Shown here piece after piece: positions 35,916 to 52,267 of a stretch of 64,000 nucleotides of DNA (position 1 is the first letter of the stretch; every line of letters starts with the position of its first letter). The DNA is from Octopus vulgaris. Lineage: Eukaryota. The stretch spans positions 95,604,001 to 95,668,000 of the forward strand of contig OX597816.1 of NCBI GenBank assembly GCA_951406725.2, written 5' to 3'. The position numbers and the translations under genes are program-made. The notes under the pieces are model-generated. The model made no database searches. It was not told the origin of the DNA and saw only the letters and a program-made list of their open reading frames with translations.

Positions 35916-38900
35916 GATATCAATTCTTCTCTGTTGAGATATTTCTGCCTGCTAATTTGCAGTTACTACCATATTTAAAGAGATCTTCAATGATCAGATA
36001 AACAAGACACTGCACAACCAGCAGTTCATATATTTACTGTTGATACGTTACACTGTAATAAATACACTTTACGCACACGGTCCATTTCAGCTAGGTACCA
36101 TAGGGTGGTATAGCACAGAACTGTAAGCAGTTAGCAGTTATTGTACAGCAGAACAGTTACGCGGTTTCATCTTTACAATGTTTCATCCTTACAACAATTT
36201 CTAATTAAAAAGTTATATATGATATTTAGTTTTATTTAGTAAGAGATTCGTCCTTTTATCCAATTCACTCGAAAATACCAAAATAATCACAAACCAAATT
36301 TATCTCTAAGCGATATCCGTAATGAGACAGAATATCGCCATAACTAGCTATTAAAACATAAATGGTTAACGTTAAATATCGTGATAACATTGTGTTGAAC
36401 TCTTTCTACTCGTCCCAAGAACTGCTTCGTCTAGACCAAACGGAAGTATTTAGATTAGATAAGATCGATTTCAGTGTTATGAACGACAAAGGTAAAGGTC
36501 TACATCGCTGAATTTGAAGTGTTATGTCTACTCCGAAATTGACATTTAACAGTAGTTGATATATTGACACATTTCCAAGGGTCAGCTGCAACAGCTGAGA
36601 CAGGCAATCTATGACAAGATAAAACAGAGACAAATAACTACCAATTCTTAAGTAAATAAGGAAGACCATAGGAATCAGAATTCCTGAAGATCTTGAATAA
36701 TTTTGGTTTATGTTGTAGTATGGAACAAATTTTAACCACAATGCATTGTGACTACATACAGTCAATAATGGAAGCAGTATCAACATGAAAGGTTTAGTAA
36801 TTAGCAATTATCTTTGTTCATCCACTAAATCTTTTTTTGTAATTTGCATAAACACGGCAGTTAGATACTGATATATGGTGCCACTGGAAGCAACCAATAT
36901 ACATATTTAGGAGAACGTTGAAAAGTCAAATTGACTTCCTAAATTGGATTGCTATTAACCCAGACAAATATATAGGCAAAAATGAAAACCCTTAATTGAT
37001 AGTAAAATATAGGACTATTGTTTGTCAAAGCATTATGAATAAATTTTAAACCGGCTGTCTCAAAATAATTCTCCGAGACCATTGTAGTGAAACATAGTAG
37101 TGAATGATCCACTCGCAGATCGAAAGAAGGTTGTGTAATATGCTTCACAACTTTCGATACATAAAGCTACGTTGTCTTGAACTAAGGAAAGATCAGAAAA
37201 CATGTGACAATATGTCATGATAACAGAAAAGTTTTGGGCCTGTAGTTCATTTATAAATGAAGGAGACACTACATTTGCAAAGTCCCTGCTGGAAAAGTTT
37301 TGGAAAATAGGCAAGATCCTGATATCAATTGATAGCGTCAACAGAAATAGCGATACTGACCACGTACGGTTTAGGCGAGAAGAAGAGAAAAGAAACTTAA
37401 GATCAGTAAAATATGTGCTCAAAGCCACTGAGTTGTAATTCATAAACGTTGATTATGTTACATATCATTGAAAGATATACTTATGAAGCAACGGCTTAAA
37501 ATATTATTAGTATACTATTTTCCAATGTGAAGTGACCTTATAAACAATACTATAATACTACCTGAAAGAAAATCTAGAATAGATGCATCTGGATAAATAT
37601 AGGAAATATTACTAGTGGTGATTATATAAAGATTTCGTCCCAGCATGAGTGAAATTCAATGACAGAAACAAGAGAGGAGTTAAAAGAATACATATATATC
37701 GTCTCATGAATATTGTTGGAATATTTCTGCAGAAACATACGTCATCTGTTCTGCAGAAGTGAACATTCCTTTCAAAATCAATAACAAAATATTTATGGAC
37801 AAGTGCTTCGAAACTGCAACGTATCTATCTAGGCTACAAGTTTCCATTTGTACCTATAATTATTAGTACACTTGGCTACGTTAGTAAATAATTTCAAAAA
37901 TATGGAATTTTCATGCAAAACGAGATTCCACGCACTTTGCAGATAAGTCTTTAGTGTAACAATATAAGTTTGCAAGACGTTTCTATAGTTCAAGATTTCA
38001 GGTTGTGGCTTTTAACTGCTATTATCACAATTCAATTAATTTTACATTAAATATACAACATATGCACTGTAATCAAAGTATGTTATGAATCCTTCAATCC
38101 AGATATTATACAAATATTATTAGATCTTCCTCTTCTCCAGAAGGAACATTTGCTATACAGTTAATGTTGTCTTTTTTACATCGAATATGGGTGAGAGGTT
38201 CGTGAACAAAACAAAATCAGCATGTATCAAACAAGTGTAAAGGTTAACTGCAGTTGATGCTTTGTTGTTATTGTCATCTTGAAACTATTATCACAGTGTT
38301 CTCTGAAGAGTTATGGTGGTGAATCTCAGTACAATTTTAGTAAAATGTGTCATATGATGTATCTGCTGCATGGAGGAGCTTATTGTTTACTTTATGCACA
38401 ATAATAAGTGTCTTGCTGTTCGACTCTCTAGTTCAGGTTGTTAGATGTTTTCCTCTGGTATTGTTAATCTTCTTGTTGGATTATGATTGTTTGTTTCATT
38501 ATGACTCTGCATGTATCTGCTTGATACCGCTAATTTGCAGTGATAGTTTTATACAGAGAATTATTGATTTTTCAATATCATTTATCTAATATTTTCATAC
38601 TGTTTATAGCAATATCGTCAATAAATTTTATCAACACTTTTTTTGCCAGCTCTTACAACGGTCTATTTTCTATACATAACTTCGCAAATTTTAAAGTCTT
38701 CTTAAATTGTGTTAGAAATTGTTTTTCAGCTGTGTGCATTCAAACAGACGTCAATTTTAGATTGATTTTCACAGATATGAGTGTGAGGTGTTAATAGTGA
38801 TAGTGGCAATAACGACGGTCTATATTTTTTCATATTTTCATGGTTATCATTTGAGACGAAATGTTTTAATTCGATACAGGTATGTAGGATACCTTATTTC

Positions 38901-39434
38901 CACAACAAATAAATACACATGAATGTTACGATCATCTGCCCTATTCCACACTATGGGTGACATCAATATTTTAAGCATGTTAAATATTTGAATTTCCTGT
39001 TGTATCGGGATTAGTGCAACTATTTGTATACATAAGAGTGTAAGATAATGACCAGAGTAGTGCCATCTGGCTGCATGACAAATATTCAAATATTTCGACC
39101 AAAATCTGAAAAGTCAAAGGCAGTGCAACATATAATGCTATGAACGTACATCCTCTTGACATTATCACCGTGTCTCTAAAGTCTCATACAACCGTACGAG
39201 ACAACTTACCAATACTTTCCTCATTGCACTACAACACCCTGGCACAAAGCTTCTACAGTGTATGTACACATCTTTCAGTAGTACTTCTGCAAGTTATTTT
39301 AGGATAAAATTAGTATATTTACTACAACAGAACAAGATCTTCATGCGTGTTACTACATTTCAATAGAACACATTATATATATATATATATATATATATAA
39401 GAGATCAATATAGTAGTTGTCTTGAGAAGTAATA

Positions 39435-39540
39435 TTTGTAGCCAATTTAACACGGCTGTCTGTTCGAGCGGACTCTACTGCGATTTTTTAACTCCAAGAG
39501 GGCATCTCCTCTAGCTGGTTAACGATGCACAGCTGCATCC
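39435..39540 (+). repeat. Diverged single-arm relative of the 11.1-kb palindrome
   Basis: GCCAATTTAACACGGCT...CTACTGCGATTTTTAACTCCAAGAGGGCATCTCCTCTAGCTGG resembles GCCATTTCAATATGGCT...CTACTGTAGTTTGTAGCCCCAGGAGGACACCTCCTCCAGCTGG. Confidence 0.55.
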
Positions 39541-39651
39541 GATAAAATTGCGAGCAAGGTAGCCAACCCCTACCATCTCCCAGCGACGGGACCAGTAGAT
39601 CAGTTCTGGTTTCGGGCTATTTCTACCACTCTTCATTACTGTGTGTAATAC

Positions 39652-39721
<70 letters not shown>

Positions 39722-40026
39722 GTGTGAGTGAGTGAGTGTGTGTGTGTTTGTGTGTGAACTTTAGGTTAGTTAAAATATGTTTGTGACATACTTCCAGAAC
39801 TAAAAGCAAATTTACAGCAATTATCATGGAGAAAAATTCTCGCCTCTTGCTACGTGTCTTACTTTAGCAGATTCCCAGGCGCGTTTCTGTCACCTCAATC
39901 TTTTTCAGACAACTCTGGACAGATTCTAAAGGCGTAGCTTTATCTTAGAACAGTCGGCATCTGTGAATGATTGCGCTCGTGAACCGTCTGTCCATAAAAA
40001 AATGGTAGTATCAGTGGTAAGCAGTG

Positions 40027-41286
<1,260 letters not shown>

Positions 41287-41523
41287 AGTACTTTTTGATC
41301 CTGAGATGCCATAAAAAAGCATGTGTACGAAAAACAATAATGGAAGTTACAGAAGCGTAAATAAAACTAACATTATCACCTATAAAATATTGCTTATTAA
41401 TAATGTATATTCAGCCATTTGAAATTGCCCCTTATGTAATCAATTTAAACGATATCAATTACATATAAGGTTGCCCAAAATACTCCAGTATTACAGTTCT
41501 ATATTTAAGAGATGGGGAATTAT

Positions 41524-41734
41524 GTACATTATTTACATTATTTACATTTGACGCATTTTTGTCCTCATCTTGTTTGTTGTTAACACAACGTTCCGGCTGA
41601 TATACCTTCCAGCCTTCTTGGTGAAATTTCGAACCTGAAATGAGAACCCATATATATCAGCTGAAACGTGGTATTAACAACAAACAACAAAAGGACAAAT
41701 ATCCGTTAAATGTAAATAATGCAAAATAATGTAC
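41524..41734. repeat. Inverted pair of probable Penelope-type termini with hammerhead half-motif
   Basis: Arms 41524-41604 and 41653-41734. Minus strand of the left arm reads GGCTG-GAAGGTATAT-CAGCC-GGAAC-GTTG; right arm reads TCAGCT-GAAAC-GTGG. Confidence 0.65.
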
Positions 41735-42212
41735 TCAAGTATTAGTTTCGTGCAATTGACGCCAAAATTTAAAAAAGTATTCATTTTCAGTTTCCTCAAG
41801 AGTTCAGTCATCTGGTTTGAAAACCGTGAATTCAGAGTTTTATTTTTGTGGTCATGATAAAGTGATAGAGATACATACACTTAGTATGTATGTATGTATG
41901 TATGTATGTATGTATGTATGTATGTATGTATGTATGTATGTATGTATGTATGTATGTATGTATGCATGTATGTATGTATGTATGTATCGATGGATGGATG
42001 GATGAATGGATGGAAGGCATCAGGGTAGGTTAGTTGTTTGGGTGGATGAACAGGCAGTTAGATATCTGGATAGATGCAATTTCAGGCTGGTTGAAATCAA
42101 AACAAGCAGCGTGGAAATTTATAGAGTATCATTGAAATATATGTTGAAATATTTGAAACACACACACACACATTCGCACCCACCAGACACTCACACTCAT
42201 GAACACATATAA

Positions 42213-42530
42213 GTGAAGGCACATGCCTCAGTGGTTAGTGCTTCGAGTTTACGAATATGAGTTAGTGAGTTCGATTCCCGTCCCGAGCTGTGTGTTGTGC
42301 TTTTCAGCAAGACACTTTATTTTACGTTACTGCAGTTCATTCAATTTCAGAAGTGAGTTACAATGTCACACGTACCAAGCTGTATCGGCCGTTGTCGTTC
42401 CCTTGGACAACATCGGTGGTGTGAAGCGGGTGGGAGACTTGTTTTTATGGGTGACTGCTGGTCTTCCACAAAACAACCTTGCCCGGATTCCCATGGTTAT
42501 TCGCGGTCACCCCATGGTCATTCGTGGTCG
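42213..42530 (+). mobile_element. tRNA-derived SINE, family D
   Basis: GTGAAGGCACATGCCTCAGTGGTTAG...GAGTTCGATTCCC; body CCAAGCTGTATCGGCC...GACTGCTGGTCTTCCA shared with 57093-57410. Confidence 0.75.
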
Positions 42531-42537
42531 AAGGGCG

Positions 42538-42577
<40 letters not shown>

Positions 42578-42619
42578 TGTGTGTGTGTGTCCTAATTCTT
42601 ACTTGGTTGTATCTTATAT

Positions 42620-44649
42620 TCACGACAGTTGCATCTGTTCTTAGTTTCTTTAACTTTGTAATGCAAAGTATTTTCTCCCATCCACATACGCCATATAATT
42701 GTCAAAGATGGCAACATTATTTAGCGAACCAACCATCTATTACATTCATGAGTCATTTCAAGTGTACGATTAATAATCATCACCATCACTTTCAATATCA
42801 CTGTCCGATCCTACTCCTAATCCCTTTCACTAAGTTGAATGTCACTATCATGGTCAAGTTCTTCTTCCGAATATCCACTAACTGACTGGGCATCACTTCA
42901 CCCTCTGTCCACGTCGTCTTCGTGGTTCCAGCTTCCATTATCCGTCCATGTCCTTCGTCTGGTCTTGTCATTGAAAGCTTTGCAATGCTCGCGAGCTTCC
43001 ATATCCTGGCCAGGAAGTTGCTTCGCCGAACGGGTTGCTCGAATACGTTTCTACATGGGGTCAGTGAAGCGAGATCGGATTGCTTAGATTTTGTGAAATC
43101 ATCTTTCCTACCGTAGTTTGCTCGCAAGGTTGTGAATCACAATATATTCAGCTTTTTCTTCTTTTGTTACCATACAGCACACTCGTGAAACTCTCCATTT
43201 CATTCCTCACCTCCTCCTCGACTTCAAAAACTCTCCTAACGTGGAGAACGCTTTCTGGAATGATTCATCTGTTTCAACGACTTTCAGCCCCTTCACTTTC
43301 ACCTTCCCATTGATGGCACTGGTATTTTTGCACCCAGTGAAGGCGTGATAACTCAGCAATAAAGAAGAGAGAACAGGCATGGAAGATATAGCCAGCCTGG
43401 TTATATCGTTGCAGCGTTGCGTATTACCCTTTCAAATTTCAAACAGAATTTGCAGTCCTTCCAGGAATCTAGCGTGGTGAAGTAAGATGAAAAATATGTC
43501 TGAATCAGGACTCCTCGCGTGAACGGATTTGCATCCCCGTTCTTTTGCATACATACAATACAGGATCACACGAGTGTCAGATTCTTCATGTGGATATTTG
43601 AGAGTGTGTATTTCTTGACAGAATGTGTTATATTCATCCAATGTCAATTGGTGAGCTTTTTCCTTCACATATCAGTACCATCCCATGTCCAGTGAGAATG
43701 TCAGCAGACACCTCGCTCCTTCAAGCTGAGAGCAAAAGCTGAATGAACTGTGTTTTGTTCTCATCATTTGCAAGAAAAACTTTCCAGTCTTTCGGACGCT
43801 TTGTTTTCTCACCACTCAAGATGAGTTTGTCTCCAAAACCTCGTCTGTTTCGTTCCATCTATTTTACAGAGTCTTCCTTGTACATGTCATTGCTAAATAT
43901 GACAGGTAACAGGTGAAGAGCAGATCCAAACACCTTACGAGATATTTTCCGGAATTTGGCTCGTTCTTTACATGACTTTGTCCATCTTTGATAGGCACTG
44001 TAGTTTGTCTGCAGGCCGCTGATGCCCTCTCCAGTCGATCCACTTCCACCTTTTGATTTTGCATGTTTCATAAAAGTTTCTTCGATTGTCTTGTCAACAG
44101 CACACAAACTACCTGGAATAAAGGATCTCGCCACACTGATTGCACCTCTCTTTAATAGATCCTCTGCACCGGGATGAGAATGTTCAATGTTTCGTTCCCT
44201 GGCGGTAGTATGTTGCATCGTCTATGAAGTAATTGTTTTGTAGGATGAACTTAGGGATTCAATGACAAAAGTCTGGTTTATGCGGTCCGGGAGAATCCTA
44301 ACCAGAATTTTGTTGCCTCTATTCCGTAGTGATGTGAAATGTTAGTGTAGAAGTTGATGACATCGAAGGAGCCTAATAGTGCTTCACTCTCTAGACTCAT
44401 TCTTATTTTTCAAGCATCGAAAATAGCTAGACCCCTTTGTTACAAGAATTGATTACTTCATAATATCCCTTGAAAAGCTAATTTATATAGCAAAAACCAG
44501 TTGGATATCACATCAATAAAATATGTATATATTAAAAAAATCTCTTTATAAAAAGATATTAAACTATGTGAAACGAAAGCATGTTTTCCATATATTTTCA
44601 AAATTTGTCCCCGTGGCGTATACTGAATCTCCAGTATACTTGCTCCTTT

Positions 44650-44650
<1 letters not shown>
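42620..44650 (-). mobile_element. AcademX-like DNA transposon remnant (transposase C-terminus + XPG/FEN1-like nuclease), internally deleted
   Basis: IPGSLCAVDKTIEETFMKHAKSKGG...AYQRW (43859-44218); RPKDWKVFLANDENK; HEESDTRVILY...SPDSDIF (43432-43668); FTGC.NTSA; LTPCRNVFEQPVRRSNFLARIWK (42798-43127). Outer boundaries approximate. Confidence 0.65.
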
Positions 44651-45016
<366 letters not shown>

Positions 45017-45376
45017 GAACTATACACTTAGGACATGATTAAGAGACGAGAGATGGAAGTAAGTTTTTTCTAAATGCCATTTCAAAAGAAGACATTTGTA
45101 AACCTTGTCATATGTATATATGTGTAACACGAGTAAAAGGTGTAGATTTCTAACTACATCGTACGCCATTAAACCACGCAAAATGTCACACATTTATGTT
45201 TATTAAATATTAAAAAAAGAACAATTACAAAAAGAAACAGAATCAAACATTTACCTTGATACTTGTTTCTTCTCTCTGTATGCCTACCTGTCATTAATAT
45301 ATATTCATGCTTTTCGGCGTTTATTTCGAAAGCCTATTTAATGGTTGAAATTTTATGACTCTCTCTCTCTCTCTCT

Positions 45377-45421
<45 letters not shown>

Positions 45422-45832
45422 CTCTCTCTCTCACACACATACATATATCAACATATATTTATAAATGAGTGCATGTGTTTGTGTGTGTGTATTGAAAACT
45501 TGTGATTTGGAATGAGATATAATTATCGTTAACCTTTCGTAAGAACACCACGTAAATCTATGTGTCCAACATTCAAGCAGGTTTTAAACATAATTTGTAC
45601 TCAGAGTTTCGTTTGGTATTATATACATTTGAACATATTGCAGAGTGTGTACCCAGGAGAAGAATATAACTGGAGATTCCGTTACAAAACGTTATTTTAC
45701 TTTGGCATCATAAATTACATTATAGTTACAGGTGCTTCACTTTTACATACGGTTGCATGGTCATCTAAGAACACGAGATCATCAGAAAAAAGTTTTGAAT
45801 TGTAATCGACTCTCCTGTTTTACTCTGATCAG

Positions 45833-45911
<79 letters not shown>

Positions 45912-45980
45912 CGTAAATGTCGAACGATGAAAATGAGTGCTGAACACCGCATTGGTGGATATAATTTCTTTATTTGTTAA

Positions 45981-46887
45981 GGCTATCATTTGTTTCATGT
46001 TAAGAAAAGAAGGAAAATGTCCTAGTGTCTTAACAATTATACAAGCCGATCATATGGAAGAAAGTGTACGCGTCCACTTTGGAAAACATAGTTTCGTTTA
46101 GTTCGCGTAGATTCTCGTGAATTCTCGTGAAAATCTCGTGAATAAAACGATGAATCAAGAGACATTACTCTTGGATGGCATCGTTAGAATGTGTGTCTCC
46201 CTTGGTTTTGTCATTTGGCCAAACTGTTGTGTTATCAATTTGTTTGCATTATTTTATTTTTGGTTTTGGGTGTGGTGTTCTTATGCTTGTGTGCTGAGGT
46301 AGTTCTTAATTGGGGCATATTACTTCTGTGCGTGGAGTTTGTGTACGATGTGTTTTCAAACTTCGCGTTCAGGAAAGGGGCTTTCCTTGTGGGATTAACG
46401 TTGCAATGACGATTCTTCTTTGAAGTATTTGAGTGTAAATACTTCAAATACTTCAAAGAAGGGTCACCATTTGTAACGTTAATCCCACCAGGGTAGCCCC
46501 TTTCCTGAATGAGAAATTTGAAAACACATAGAACACAAACTCCACACACACAAAACAAATATGCCCCAATGACGAACTACCTCAGCACACAAGTATAAAA
46601 ACACCATACCCAGAGCAAAACTAAAATAATGCATAGAAATTGACCACACAACAGCTTGGTCAAAAGACAAATCCAAGAGAGACAAGCATTCTAAAGATGC
46701 CACCCAAGAGTAACGTCCTTTGATTCATCGTTTTATTTACGAGATTTCACGAGAATTTCCGCGAACTAAACGAAACTGTGTTTTCTAAAATAGAGGCGAA
46801 CAGCTTTCCGCCATGTAACCGGCTTGAATAATTTGTTAAACAGGAGGATATTTTCCTGCTTTTCTTAACATGAAACCAATGGTAACC
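45981..46887. mobile_element. 907-bp fold-back MITE with TTAA target duplication (Kolobok-like termini GG...CC)
   Basis: TTAA at 45977-45980 and 46888-46891. The whole element is an imperfect palindrome (e.g. AGTTTCGTTTAGTTCGCG / CGCGAACTAAACGAAACT; GTGGGATTAACGTT / AACGTTAATCCCAC), centre ~46435. Confidence 0.8.
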
Positions 46888-46893
46888 TTAATT

Positions 46894-46931
<38 letters not shown>

Positions 46932-48221
46932 CATATATACTGTATAGTATGGCTTCAACAGGTAGAATAACACTCGATTAGATTCGAGTATAAAGATAAT
47001 GTTATAATGAAATCCACGACACTTGTGAAATACACCTACTCAGGATTTCCTGGTCGAAGCATTAATGTATTTATCTATTTTTCAAGCTGATAAGAATAAA
47101 ACCGTTTGGAGTTGTTAAGAAAAAGACCGTCCGCTAGTTATTGATTAGCCGCCGCTGCATTGAACAATAAGGGGTGGCACACTTCGAATATCACACCACG
47201 GATACTCAAAAAGATGAAAAACTAAATGGCCTGAGAAATGATTTGAACGCAGAACATGCTACTTAGTTGAAGAATATATTGTATTCAATGGCCTATTATT
47301 TGACATGAACCGTTTGTTTTTTGCTATATATTTATTTAATCAGTTGAAGCATGCGTGTGAGGAAAACCATTACTGATTTAAGCAAAAGAACAAGATATCT
47401 ATTACACTTTATATGCAAGGAAAACAAAATACAATTACACTTTATATGCAAGGAAAATAAAAAGGAAAGACAAAGAACAACTAAAATGCTTCTGTTGTTA
47501 AATCTTTATGTAGATTCCATGTATTGGAGGATCTTATTTTATGGTTGGTAAATCCTTGGGAATGAACTATACCCCTTACTTTGTTAACCTTTTGAAGACC
47601 TATTTTTAAAATGTTCTCTCTGTGAAATTTTTCAACAGAACATATAGAGCCATAAAGTTTCAGGATAATCTCTACAAAGGCATAAAGATGATTTCATGCG
47701 AGCTGCTCGTGACAGAATATAGCCAACATTATCTATGTATCTTAATATTTTCCAGTATCTGATATGATGTATATGTTGCTGAATATGAGATACACACGAG
47801 AGAGAGAAAGAGAGAACGGAGGAAGGAGAGAAAGGGAGAGGAGAGGCTGGTGGAGACAGAAAAGAGAGTTTGACTGAATGGTTAAAAACTTTATGTACCC
47901 TTTGCAAGGTCCAAGTTTCAATCCTAGCGTTCGGCATCTTATGCGTGATTATTTGACTAGCTTTCCTGTAACCCAAGGTCTACGAAGTTAGGTATAGGGA
48001 AATTTTAGGAATTTTGTCGCTTGAATTGTACAGGTATATACAAAGGTCCAGTCTGGTAGCTCTGTATCATACTGATTTTACCTGAACATTATGGTAAGGG
48101 AGCATGTCTCTTTCGAATGCAGAACCATGTGTGTATTGGTGCATTGAGCTTGATCATTTGTTCGATTAAATTCTTGACAAGAATTCTGAAATAAATTTTT
48201 TTGCACACCTCTCCGTCTCCA

Positions 48222-48315
<94 letters not shown>

Positions 48316-48409
48316 CATACAGTTACACACATTATATTATATGTACAACAGACATCGATACCTGCACATTTTCTATCTACAAATACCACTCACAATATAT
48401 GGTTTAAAC

Positions 48410-48760
48410 CAATGGTTTTCAACCGGGGCCCATACGGCCCATGATGTTCTGTATACGATTTGTGGTGGGGTTTCACACAACAAAAAAGTAAATCAGTTAT
48501 CCAAAATAATATTTTAAGGGCTCTGAAAAGATTTGCATTTGACAAATGCATTGGTATGTATTGCAAGAAACAGCTACGTCTCTTTCTCTAGCATTTTACA
48601 TAGATTAACCTACACATGTTAATGTGTGAAAAACAAAGTAGGAATTTTGAAAGAAGTATCTATAAAACTAGTTCTTTAAACATGGGATAACTATGGGGAT
48701 TCTGCAGAACATAATAATTATCAAAGGGGTCCATAGATAACAAAAAATGGTTGAGAACCC
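48410..48760. mobile_element. hAT-type MITE
   Basis: CAATGGTTTTCAACC ... GGTTGAGAACCC termini (CAGTGGTTCTCAACC type); TTAAAC on both flanks. Confidence 0.65.
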
Positions 48761-50251
48761 TTAAACGAAGCTACAATAGTAGATACAAGTGCAACCATAT
48801 GGGCGAAAGCGAGCTAGTTAGTCACATGAATTGACCCATAAATCATAATTTGGGAGATTACACTGTGGCAGAAGTATAAGAATATCATAGTTTATTCTTT
48901 CTCAGTAACTGAAGGTGTGTGTTGAAGTAGTACGAGAAAGAGTTAAATTTTACTGATTTACGATGTACTTTCTAATTAGTGAGTAGATAAAAAACTTTTA
49001 TCAGTCCCAAACCAAAACAAAATGTATTTCTAAGAACATAATCACCATTTCATTTCATATGCTATTACTTTTATCATATCATATTACTGTTTTCTCGTAT
49101 CGTAGTCTGTAATAAAACTTATTAATTTCCATTTTCAACTCTATTCCCATTATGTCTCTCTCATGAAATTTGGTCACTATTATTTTTATTGATTGTGACA
49201 AAAATCTAAACAATATAAAGAAGACACACAAATACACAACAACATTAACGTATAAATCTCCTCTACGCGTACAAGATCACACGCATTAACTCTCGAATGC
49301 GCACAGGCACACACACTCACAATTCATTTTGTGTACATACATATATACGCAAATGTCTCTATGTCAGTCTATCTATCTAGATACACGCGTATATTTGAAG
49401 GTACATACTACATTTATGTGTCTATGAATGCATGTAAATATATACATACCTATATATGTTACATATATATATTTATTTATTTATACAATCAAAATAAGCA
49501 AGAGGATATCTAGTGATGAAACAGTACGACCGTTTCAAGCGCTCCATTTAATTGATCAATGCAATCATTACATCAATTTAAATGCAGGGCAATCCACAAC
49601 TGCATAAATAAATAAATAGAATTAATTTAATCAGTCGGACGCAGTTGTATAATTTTACTTAAATCCTCTAAGAGGGTAAGAAGACAGACAAAGTCCATGC
49701 TGTTTTCACATCAGCTTAGAAGTTTCTAAGACATGAGGAAGAAAAACGTGTTAGAGTCCTAGCTTGTCGCCGATTTTGGGGTCGGTTTTAATTTATAATC
49801 TTGTTTATCAAATCTTTGTATAACAAAATCTAAAATTTGAAACGTTTATATTAATTTAGCATTAGAATTCTTCAAGTTGTAAAAAAATAGTTATTGTCTG
49901 CATCATTCGAAAGAGAAATAAATTCTGCATAAGGTGTAAAAGATAAAAGTAATTTGTATGGTGTTAGTAACAAAATATTCTGTAACAAATAGAACCTTTA
50001 TCATCGGTCTTAAATTTATATTCGCTAGTGTACTTGTTTCTGGAAAGATTACGTCTTTTCTTTGGTAGTATATTTTTCCCGATATTGTAAACAAAAAATT
50101 ATGAGCATAGAAAGAAATTATACATTAATCCCTATTTTTGTAAGCAGTTGTATCCGTAAACATTTCATTTCAAGAGAGCAGAAGTTGAAAGAAGATAAGC
50201 GCAATGGACAGAGAAAGAAAGTGAAAGATGTATGTACGTCTATATGAAATG

Positions 50252-50312
<61 letters not shown>

Positions 50313-50799
50313 GTGTGTGTGCGTGCGTGCTAGCGCGTGTGTATGTGAGAGAGAAATGGGATGAGAAAGAGACATAGAATGAATGAGTGAAGGTGTGTGT
50401 CGTGATGATTGATGTCTTTTAAGGTACACACTCATATAGAAAATGTGGCGTAATAGTATAAATTTTTTACGATAGTTGATTTATGGAAAAGATTATATTA
50501 AACTTTTGAAATGCAAATATGTGAATGAAAATTAAGTCTAATTTGTAGCCAAAATAGTACTGAATCTTTTGATACCCCATACGTCAAAATCTGTAACTCG
50601 GTTTTGGAAAGCAAAAGGAATATATAATATCAATGAGGTAGACCTCTACATATTAGCGAGAAGTGGTAGAAATAGCTCTCTCAAAACACCCTACTGTCTT
50701 AATGCGACAATTCTGCCTATTAGGCAGTTTGAATGAGAAACTGTAACTAAAGATTAAGAGAAGAAAGAAAAGAGACAGCATAGCGACCGTTTTGGCTGA

Positions 50800-51065
50800 C
50801 TGTCATCCTGTACTCCCCTTGTTGCTAGCGAAATGGCATGAGCCGGCTGTCTGAACAACTGGTTGTTTTAATGGCGAAACAAACAGGACGTAAAGATTAC
50901 AAAAATAGCGATTCTCACTTTGAAACTAAGGATTTTGAAACTCTTTTTAGATTACGAAGCGCCCAGCTCTCTTATGTATCCATGTTTAAAATTCCAGCGC
51001 GATCGGCTGAACAATACTCGAGTTATAAGCGCACAAACAGACAGATGGAACGGATTTTATATACA
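50800..51065 (+). mobile_element. Possible non-autonomous Helitron-like element
   Basis: 3' block AAAATTCCAGCGCGATCGGCTGAACAATACTCGAGTTATAAGCGCACAAACAGACAGA...TTTTATATA resembles Lep1/HINE-type ends. Confidence 0.35.
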
Positions 51066-51069
51066 CTTT

Positions 51070-51285
51070 TACGCTTTTTACTGTTTTACTTGTTTCAGTC
51101 ATTTTACTGTGGTCATGCTGGAACACCGCCTTTAGTGGAGCAAATCGACCCCAGGACTTATACTTTGTAAGCCTAGTACGCATTCTATCGGTTTTTTGCC
51201 GAACCGCTATGTTACGGGGACGTAAACACACAAGTATCGGTTGTCAAGCGATGTTGGGGGGACAAACACAGACACAAACTTACAC
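51070..51285 (-). mobile_element. SINE family A, 3' half
   Basis: TTTTACTTGTTTCAGTCATTT...TCGACCCCAGGACTTA...GGGGGACAAACACAGACAC. Confidence 0.8.
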
Positions 51286-52039
51286 ACACATATATATATA
51301 TATATTATATACGCATACATATGTGCACACGTATGTATATATATATATTTGGCACATATTCATTGCATATACGCATATATACATATGCCCATACACCTGT
51401 GAATATATATGTATATACATATACGTGCGTGCAGGCAAGCACTCAGACACACAGAAACACGTATGCACACACATACGCACGCACACACACATACACACAG
51501 TTATATATAGGTATTAAATTTCAAAATATAAATCGAATGGAAACGAAAATGACTTCGTATATAAATCGCTTTAAAGTGCGAAAGAAACTAAAACGTAAAT
51601 ATAAAAAATAATTAATAATAAATAAATAATGAATAATATTTACTACATAGGAGTTCATATATACAAAGCAGGGTCGATAAATAATAAATGAATTGTGAAT
51701 AAAAAATAGTATATTCTACTAGCGGAAACACCTGGACTTTAGATGAAGATTGGCTTTACAAAAGGTAAGGGCAAAACGGAACCAGCTGAAGTAAATCTGT
51801 ACCCTTGTATTAAACGTTGGCATGTATCCATCTCATTGCATATAAAGCGTAGTGCAAAATTTATTCATTTAGAAGTAGATAAACTTCATACATCTATACC
51901 TACCTAAATACATACACACATACATACATGCATACATGCATACATATATACATACATACATACATACATGCATGCATACATACATACTGATATTGTACAT
52001 GTACATATCTATATATATTTAATTATATACATATATTTA

Positions 52040-52221
52040 TTTGTTTCAGTCATTTGCCTGCGGCCATGCTGGAACACCGCCTTTAGTCGAGCAAATCGAC
52101 TGATCCTTTGTAAGCCTGTACTTACTCTATCGGTCTTTTTTGCCGAATCGCTATGTTACGAGGGTGTAAACACACCAGCATCGGTTGTCAAGCGATGTTC
52201 GGGGGACAAACACAGACACAT

Positions 52222-52267
<46 letters not shown>

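Noticed and set aside
36406-37443. Hydrophobic minus-strand ORFs (133, 127, 69 aa) as a receptor gene
   Set aside because: No recognisable domain or splice structure; likely antisense shadows of an A-rich, very old LINE remnant on the plus strand, which I could not confirm.
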